From Sedimentisphaerales bacterium (GTDB lineage: Bacteria > Planctomycetota > Phycisphaerae > Sedimentisphaerales > Anaerobacaceae): a stretch of 64,000 bases of DNA. Numbering within the stretch: the first letter of the stretch is position 1; the number at the start of each line of letters is the position of its first letter. Location of the stretch: contig OY970194.1 of the NCBI GenBank assembly GCA_963708075.1, positions 5,824,001-5,888,000 on the forward strand, in the 5' to 3' direction. A model generated the notes under the pieces. That model did not search any database. It saw only the letters and a program-made list of their open reading frames with translations, and was not told the origin of the DNA. Shown here in pieces: positions 58,471-64,000 of the stretch. The position numbers and the translations under genes are program-made.

Positions 58471-58929
58471 TCAGGCAGGCTTCACCTTGATCTTCACAGT
58501 CGCGACCTGGACATCCCTGGCGCCGGCCAACTGGCCGGTCAAGTTCGCGTTCGTCAAAGTTGCGCAAACTCTCACGCTCGAGCTGCCTGCATGAGCGGTG
58601 CTCGGTTCGAGGCTGACGGAATAATCGCCCTCGATCGCGCCGGTCTTGGTGATGCCGGCGCTCAGAACCAGGTCGAAGTTGCTCTCGACGACCATGTCCA
58701 CACAGCCCTTGAACTTGTGAATATCGCTCTCATCCTGCACCAGCTTGATCCGCAGCTTGTCCTGATCCTTGATCCGGATAAAGTACCCAACGTCCATCAC
58801 CACCGGAATCGTGGTAATCTCCAGGAAGATGAACTGAACGGGCCAGGTATGGGTCTTGATCTCACCGGCTTGCACGCTCGCGGCCAGCAGACCCGCTGCG
58901 GCCACGGCGACTACACTTCTCTTCAACAT
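58471..58929 (-). CDS. Secreted beta-rich hypothetical protein (152 aa)
   Basis: Signal peptide ending VQA, two Cys, C-terminal strand VATVKIKVKPA; GAGGG RBS. Confidence 0.7.
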   Translation of the reverse strand: MLKRSVVAVAAAGLLAASVQAGEIKTHTWPVQFIFLEITTIPVVMDVGYFIRIKDQDKLRIKLVQDESDIHKFKGCVDMVVESNFDLVLSAGITKTGAIEGDYSVSLEPSTAHAGSSSVRVCATLTNANLTGQLAGARDVQVATVKIKVKPA

Positions 58930-59209
58930 CTTCACACCCTCGCTCCGAAATGGCCATAGCCATAGGAGCCACATCCAGTACTTCTCTTTCGGGTCGGCTA
59001 CGTGCCTGAGTCGCACATTCCTGCCGCCAACTCTGCAACCATCCATGTCAATATAGGCTACGAGACGGGTCTGTGTGAGTTCTCTAAATCCCCCATCTTT
59101 CGCCACAGAGGTCACAGGGGACACAGAGAGAAACGGGACCGCCGATGAACACGGATGAACGCCGATTCAATCATCCCTAATCGAAATCTGAGAATCCGGG
59201 CAATTCTCC

Positions 59210-59238
59210 TTGAGATTCTTCTGCGGCATGTCTACAAT
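59210..59238 (+). promoter_or_regulatory. Sigma70-type promoter
   Basis: TTGAGA-17 bp-TACAAT. Confidence 0.5.
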
Positions 59239-59316
59239 ACTCGGTAGCACACCATGGACGGAGAAGCGCGGCAGGGATGGCCTGAGAGATGATGGGTCAT
59301 TTGTGGAGGTGAGAAG

Positions 59317-60069
59317 ATGAGAGCGGTACACTGGGGCACCTTGATTCTGCTTATAACCGTGCTTGCCATTGCGCCAATTGCCCGGGGCGGTCTGTCAGGT
59401 ATTGAGACGCTTGGCGGGACGTTTGAGGTCTTTGGTTCCTACTATTTTCCCGGTGAATACTATGGTGATCCTGCTTACTGGGATAACTTGCCGCCGGTCT
59501 CTCTGGGATTTCACCACGTGGATAGCCAGCCAGTATATGGTTCCGACGTGTACATATGGTCATGGGGCCTGATGCAAGGTGTCTTTGCGGAGGCAAGTTA
59601 TGAGAGAGTGGCCGCGATCAACATGAGCGGACAGTGGCCCCAGGACTGGTCTTTTGCCTACGCCAGTAGTGACTACCTCTTTCGGCCCCTAGTCTCCGGC
59701 ATGTACGAAATATCCTTCTCCGGCAGGTTGGGCTTTAGGCTCGTCCAAGATGCACTTGAAGTGTACTTAGCCGACATCACTACTGGTGACACCCTGCTCA
59801 ACATCTACAACCATCCTATTGGAAACCCATCATGGACAGAGTTATGGGTCGGAGGTAACTACCACACCGAGACACTGTTATTTGATCTCACAGACACGGA
59901 TATATACCGGTTGAGGCTTTTCGTGCAGCCCGATAGCTGCAACAATGGTGAGGCATGGTACGGCGATATCCGCATCTCAATTCGTCCCGTCCCTGCCCCT
60001 GGCGCCCTGTCGCTGGTGCTGGTGGGCTTGGCTTTTGTGTGGACCCGAATATGCGTGGACGCTGGGTAA
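59317..60069 (+). CDS. PEP-CTERM-like sorted surface protein
   Basis: Signal peptide; C-terminal VPAPGALSLVLVGLAFVW; GGAGG RBS; more AT-rich than flanks. Confidence 0.7.
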   Translation: MRAVHWGTLILLITVLAIAPIARGGLSGIETLGGTFEVFGSYYFPGEYYGDPAYWDNLPPVSLGFHHVDSQPVYGSDVYIWSWGLMQGVFAEASYERVAAINMSGQWPQDWSFAYASSDYLFRPLVSGMYEISFSGRLGFRLVQDALEVYLADITTGDTLLNIYNHPIGNPSWTELWVGGNYHTETLLFDLTDTDIYRLRLFVQPDSCNNGEAWYGDIRISIRPVPAPGALSLVLVGLAFVWTRICVDAG

Positions 60070-60225
60070 TTCTGATCTGCTTGGTGGTTGGCCTCCTGGT
60101 GGGCGTGCTCTGGGTTTCCGCGGACAGCTTACTTACTTCACCTCTTAATTGAGTAGGGCTCCACAAATTTCCCGCACGCCCTTCCGATAGACGGAAGTCT
60201 GACTCCACAATCTCTTAGGCTTACA

Positions 60226-60933
60226 TCATTCCTGCATGAGTTCGAGAACGAATGCTACTACCAACAGGTCTTTTGAGTCCTTTATGAGCTTGGGGGAGAA
60301 ACGGTACGCACCCTCTTTGTGGTGTATCTCCATACTGTGGAATATGGGCATCTTGGGCTCTCGAACACGTGCGCCAGGAGTCCTCTCACAGATGTAGTCG
60401 AAATCCTCCCATTTCAAGAAGTCGCGGTCATCCACAATCACGGGAACTTGTAGAAGAACGTAGTCATCGGTGATCTCATCGACTACTACTTGGCCCCACG
60501 AAACCTGAAGCCAGTCGGGTTGTCTTCTGGTGTAGGGAACAATAGTCTTTCTTCCAATAACAATCAACGTGTACCCCATTGGGAACTGCCGATCGAGATC
60601 ATCTTCAATGTTACGGAGGGAGATTTCGCCCAAGACCGATGCGAAACCTTGCTCCTGCCTAGACAGTATCTCTGTTTGCATGCCAAGTGTGGCACCATAG
60701 CGGTAGCTGTACCAAGTCAGAACACTCGCGATGAGGCCCCAAATGGTGGAAACAGCCAAGATAACCTTCCACATCTGCAGGATTGTTTTGCAGCGATGCT
60801 TCAGGCCATTGGAAATCCGCTTGTTCCATGGGTGGTGGCCGCAATACCTCTTCGGCGGCTTGACCTTTGCGCGGCACTGTGCGTAGTTGGGTGGAATCAG
60901 ATACTGGCAGTAGCCATCCTTGAGCTCAACCAT
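60226..60933 (-). CDS. Hypothetical membrane protein with N-terminal Cys/His cluster
   Basis: C-x9-C-x10-CGHH, one TM helix; AT-rich. Confidence 0.6.
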   Translation of the reverse strand: MVELKDGYCQYLIPPNYAQCRAKVKPPKRYCGHHPWNKRISNGLKHRCKTILQMWKVILAVSTIWGLIASVLTWYSYRYGATLGMQTEILSRQEQGFASVLGEISLRNIEDDLDRQFPMGYTLIVIGRKTIVPYTRRQPDWLQVSWGQVVVDEITDDYVLLQVPVIVDDRDFLKWEDFDYICERTPGARVREPKMPIFHSMEIHHKEGAYRFSPKLIKDSKDLLVVAFVLELMQE

Positions 60934-61024
60934 TTCTTCCTCACATATAGGCAAGATGATGGAGATTCAAAAACGCCATTATGGACATGGAGAGCCCTTG
61001 TGTAAAGCCCGGCGTGATATTAGA

Positions 61025-61268
61025 GGACCTTGGGGGCCCAGCCCTTATGTTAAGCGTTAGCGATTGTCTTCTTTGTCAAGGCGACGGAACAGGATTGCCT
61101 GTCTCGGGGGACGGGAAGATTGTGGATTGGGCGGGGACTTTGGGAGCCAGCCCTTGACGGGGGACTTTGGGGGCCAGCCCTTAAGTTAAGCGTTAGCGAG
61201 TGTCTTCTTTGCCAAGGCGACGGAACAGAATCACCTGTCGCGGGGGGACAGGATGATTGCGGATTGGG
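61025..61268. repeat. Tandem imperfect direct repeat of about 107 bp (2 copies plus a partial)
   Basis: GGAC(C/T)TTGGGGGCC..CAGCCCTTA.GTTAAGCGTTAGCGA.TGTCTTCTTTG.CAAGGCGACGGAACAG at 61025 and 61162; partial at 61135. Confidence 0.85.
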
Positions 61269-61539
61269 GAATGCAACGGTAGTAGGCGGTTGTCGGTTGA
61301 GAATCGGCGTTCATCCACGTTCATCTGCAGTTGCGGTCCGTCTGCGTCCTGGCGTCTCGGCGCGAGAGGATCGGAAGAAGAAAAGGGGTCTGGCTTTGGA
61401 TTTAGGTGTCCCCGGGGAGGGGGGCGAGCATCAGCCCCTATCTTACACTTCAATGGGTATGCCGCCTGTCAGGGCGCAGGGCGCGAGCGGTTATTCTCCG
61501 GGGAAAGAAGGGGGAGACATCGTTGGGGGACGGACTCGT

Positions 61540-61641
61540 TGCGGATTGTGGATTTCGGATTGCGGAGTAGGCAGTACAGGCCATAGGCTTTAGGCCGCAG
61601 GCTGTAGGTTAATGGTCTCCGGCTTACGGCCTCCGGTCTCC
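61540..61641. repeat. Three adjacent heptamer tandem arrays
   Basis: gcggatt gtggatt tcggatt; tacaggc cataggc tttaggc cgcaggc; ggtctcc ggcttac ggcctcc ggtctcc. Confidence 0.7.
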
Positions 61642-61842
61642 GGGCGGAACGTTCAACAAGGCTGCCGGGCACGGCGGGGTCGGACACGGCTGTCCCATGG
61701 GTGCTGTCTGGGTCCACTATGTGGTATTACCACCTACCGTCGTCCCTGCAGTGGCATGGTTGTGGATGGGTGGGCTCTTACCTCCTTCCCTTCCTGTGTT
61801 TCTCCCTTCTCCTTCCACCCTCTGCGCGAGAGGATCAGAATC

Positions 61843-61867
61843 CGCGTGGGTTAAGAACCCACCCTAC
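61843..61867. repeat. GTAG-class REP singlet
   Basis: CGCGTGGGTTAAGAACCCACCCTAC. Confidence 0.8.
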
Positions 61868-62140
61868 ATCCTTATATTCCTTCTCCGTGGCCTCCGTGTT
61901 TTCGTGGTTAGAGATGCATTTCGTCGTTCCTAACCGCTGTGCTATAAAGGCGTTACGGCAATTGCGGGAAAATTTGATGCTTTTCGAACAATTGTATGGA
62001 CAAAAGATCATAGCTGAGCTATGATCGTGGTTGGTTTATGATGGTTGATGGTTGATGTGTCAAATGAGAGAGGACCTGTTCAACTTCACAAATCACACAC
62101 CAAAAATCAACCATCAAACTTGATTGAGAAGGGCGAACTC

Positions 62141-62953
62141 ATGGCGAAGCAATCGACTTGTCACACCTGTATTTACGCGCACTGGGATCGGTGTGTGTGG
62201 ATGCGCAGCCTGGGGTCGGGATGGCCGGCGCGGCCGACGTGCGGGAACCAGCCGGACTCGTACGGGCGGATGAAAGAGTGTCCCTGCGGCTCGGTCTGCC
62301 GGAACTACCGGGCCAGGCCGCCTGTGCCCACGGGCGAGAATGTCAAGATGATCCCGCTGACGAACGGGTTCTACGCATATGTGGACGCTGAGGACTACGA
62401 GTGGCTCAATCAGTTCCATTGGCGAGCGTACAGCGCCGGGTACGCGGGGCGATGGGTAAAGGGCAAACTCATCTACATGCACCGTGAGATCATGCGGCCG
62501 CCGCGCGGAAAGATCGTGGACCACATCAATGGCAATGGGTACGATAATACTCGGGCCAACATGCGGAACATCACACGACGGCAGAACATGTACAACAAGG
62601 GCAAGCATGTCGGCACCAGTTCCATTTACAAAGGCGTCAGCTACGACAAGCGGCGTCAACAATGGTATGCGGCTATCCGCTTTGGCAAAGAGCGTTTCTA
62701 TCTTGGCTACTTCGACACGGAGGCAGAGGCGGCACGCGTGTATGACCGCAAAGCGGTCGAGTTGTTCGGGGAGTTCGCGGGGTTGAACTTTCCAGAGGAG
62801 TGGCCGCCGGAGCGCCGGGCCCAGGTGCATACGCAATGGCTGAAGGAGAATCGTAAGACACGCGGGAGAAAGAAAGTGAAGAGCGAGAAGAGGCCCGCGA
62901 AGCCCGGCGGGCGGAAGGCCGCGAAAAGGAAGCCGGCGAGAGACAAGGATTGA
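62141..62953 (+). CDS. HNH endonuclease-AP2 domain protein with Cys-rich N-terminus
   Basis: YMHREI..VDHINGNGYDNTRAN (HNH); YKGV..WYAAI..YLGYFDTEAEAARVYD..LNFP (AP2). Confidence 0.9.
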   Translation: MAKQSTCHTCIYAHWDRCVWMRSLGSGWPARPTCGNQPDSYGRMKECPCGSVCRNYRARPPVPTGENVKMIPLTNGFYAYVDAEDYEWLNQFHWRAYSAGYAGRWVKGKLIYMHREIMRPPRGKIVDHINGNGYDNTRANMRNITRRQNMYNKGKHVGTSSIYKGVSYDKRRQQWYAAIRFGKERFYLGYFDTEAEAARVYDRKAVELFGEFAGLNFPEEWPPERRAQVHTQWLKENRKTRGRKKVKSEKRPAKPGGRKAAKRKPARDKD

Positions 62954-63363
62954 CTCTTTCATGGATACGTGAGATGTCTCACAACTTGAGCCGTAAGCAT
63001 GAGCTTGGCGGCTGACGACTATTTCACTTAACTACTCACCGAGCGATAAGGCCACGGACATCCGGCAAATCCATGCGACCAAACTCTCCCAAGTCGTGGG
63101 ACGACTACGGAGCACCTACGGACTGTGCCTAGGGAACGCACGCTGCGCCTGAGGAATCGCGAGTTCTCGAATCGGGGAAACCCCCTATTTGAAGGCGGAG
63201 ATTGTCGCGTATTGTCAAGTAAGAAAGAGCAGCAAGTGTGCTCGGGCGTTTCGGCGCATGTGTAAAGCGGGCACTTGTGCTTCGAGTCACAAGCGGAACG
63301 TGCCGACGGGAGATGTGCGCGCGTTGTTGTATCGCAAAGACCTTTTCTGGGGGACATGCCGGT

Positions 63364-64000
63364 ATGAAGATTGCTCTGATCTGCGTGGATAATGATGTGG
63401 AGGCCTTCGGGATTCGGAGTATCTCTTCGGTCCTGAAGGCGGCGGGGCACGAGACGAGGGTGGTTCTTATGAAGTCCGGGGAGCCGGCCTACTCCCGGCC
63501 GGCGCTCGATTCCGCCAGGGATCTGGTGGCGGACTCGGACGTGATCGGTCTGAGCTGTTTTTCGCGGGCCTCGCACAAGGCGATCCAGGTGCTGGAGCAC
63601 GTCCGGCCGCTCGGCCGGATCACCGTCTGGGGCGGCATCCACACGACCCTCAATCCGCAGGAGTGCGCCCGTCACGCCGACGTGGTGTGCTGGGGCGAGG
63701 GGGAAGGGTTCATGCTGGAGTTGGTGGAGCGGGCACAGAAGGGGGGCGACTGGCGGGGCATCGCCAACGCCGTGTATCAGGATGAGGGCCGGATCGTCAT
63801 GAACGAGGCACGGCCGCTGATTGCCGATCTCGACACGCTCCCGGCGATGGATTTCAGCCGCGAGAATGAGTGGCATCTGACGGCCGACCAGCTCGTCCGG
63901 GTGCCCGGCGTGTCCGACGATACGGCCGCCATCGGGTTCAGCGGCACCCGGGGCTGTGCCTTCCACTGCACCTACTGCTCCAATGCGAAGCTCCAGCAAC
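63364..64000 (+). CDS. B12-binding radical SAM protein (3' end outside window; absent from ORF track)
   Basis: MKIALI..WGGIHTT..WGEGE..DLDTLP..TRGCAFHCTYC (CxxxCxxC). Confidence 0.9.
   Translation, partial: MKIALICVDNDVEAFGIRSISSVLKAAGHETRVVLMKSGEPAYSRPALDSARDLVADSDVIGLSCFSRASHKAIQVLEHVRPLGRITVWGGIHTTLNPQECARHADVVCWGEGEGFMLELVERAQKGGDWRGIANAVYQDEGRIVMNEARPLIADLDTLPAMDFSRENEWHLTADQLVRVPGVSDDTAAIGFSGTRGCAFHCTYCSNAKLQQ

Noticed and set aside
61025..61641. CRISPR array
   Set aside because: No constant repeat/unique spacer periodicity and no cas genes
63028..63999. 323-aa minus-strand ORF at window end
   Set aside because: Shadow of the plus-strand B12-binding radical SAM gene starting at 63364
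1..64000. tRNA, rRNA, integrase or transposase genes
   Set aside because: None recognised by eye; tRNAscan-SE and Infernal would be needed to exclude them

Overview
GC-rich bacterial window, most likely from a planctomycete of the Phycisphaerae/Sedimentisphaerales type. This is inferred from the DUF1559-like prepilin genes, the LamG/PA14 protein with YYWRVDE repeats, the Tat-exported sulfatase and the large ECF anti-sigma factor. Most of the window is polysaccharide and sugar catabolism (GH78, GH5, GH2 fusion, PL11-like propeller, sulfatase, xylose isomerase-like, xylB, galM, gnd, uxaC), and the intergenic DNA carries several families of REP-like palindromes. Top candidate for a new system: a tandem array of three prepilin-type (N-methyl-Phe) paralogs at 38663-43253. 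The middle copy carries a C-terminal Hint (intein-like) domain with an intact Cys1 but a non-canonical RDY* end, and cleavage there would leave a product the same length as its neighbours. Other highlights: an HPF/RaiA-ECF-sigma fusion next to an entericidin missed by the ORF track; a MITE-like element with an 8-bp target-site duplication; REPs translated in-frame inside genes; a sulfatase reduced to its Tat signal plus C-terminal tail; strand-oriented 9-mer arrays; and a repeat-rich accessory island ending in an HNH-AP2 gene. All calls come from visual motif recognition. No searches were run.
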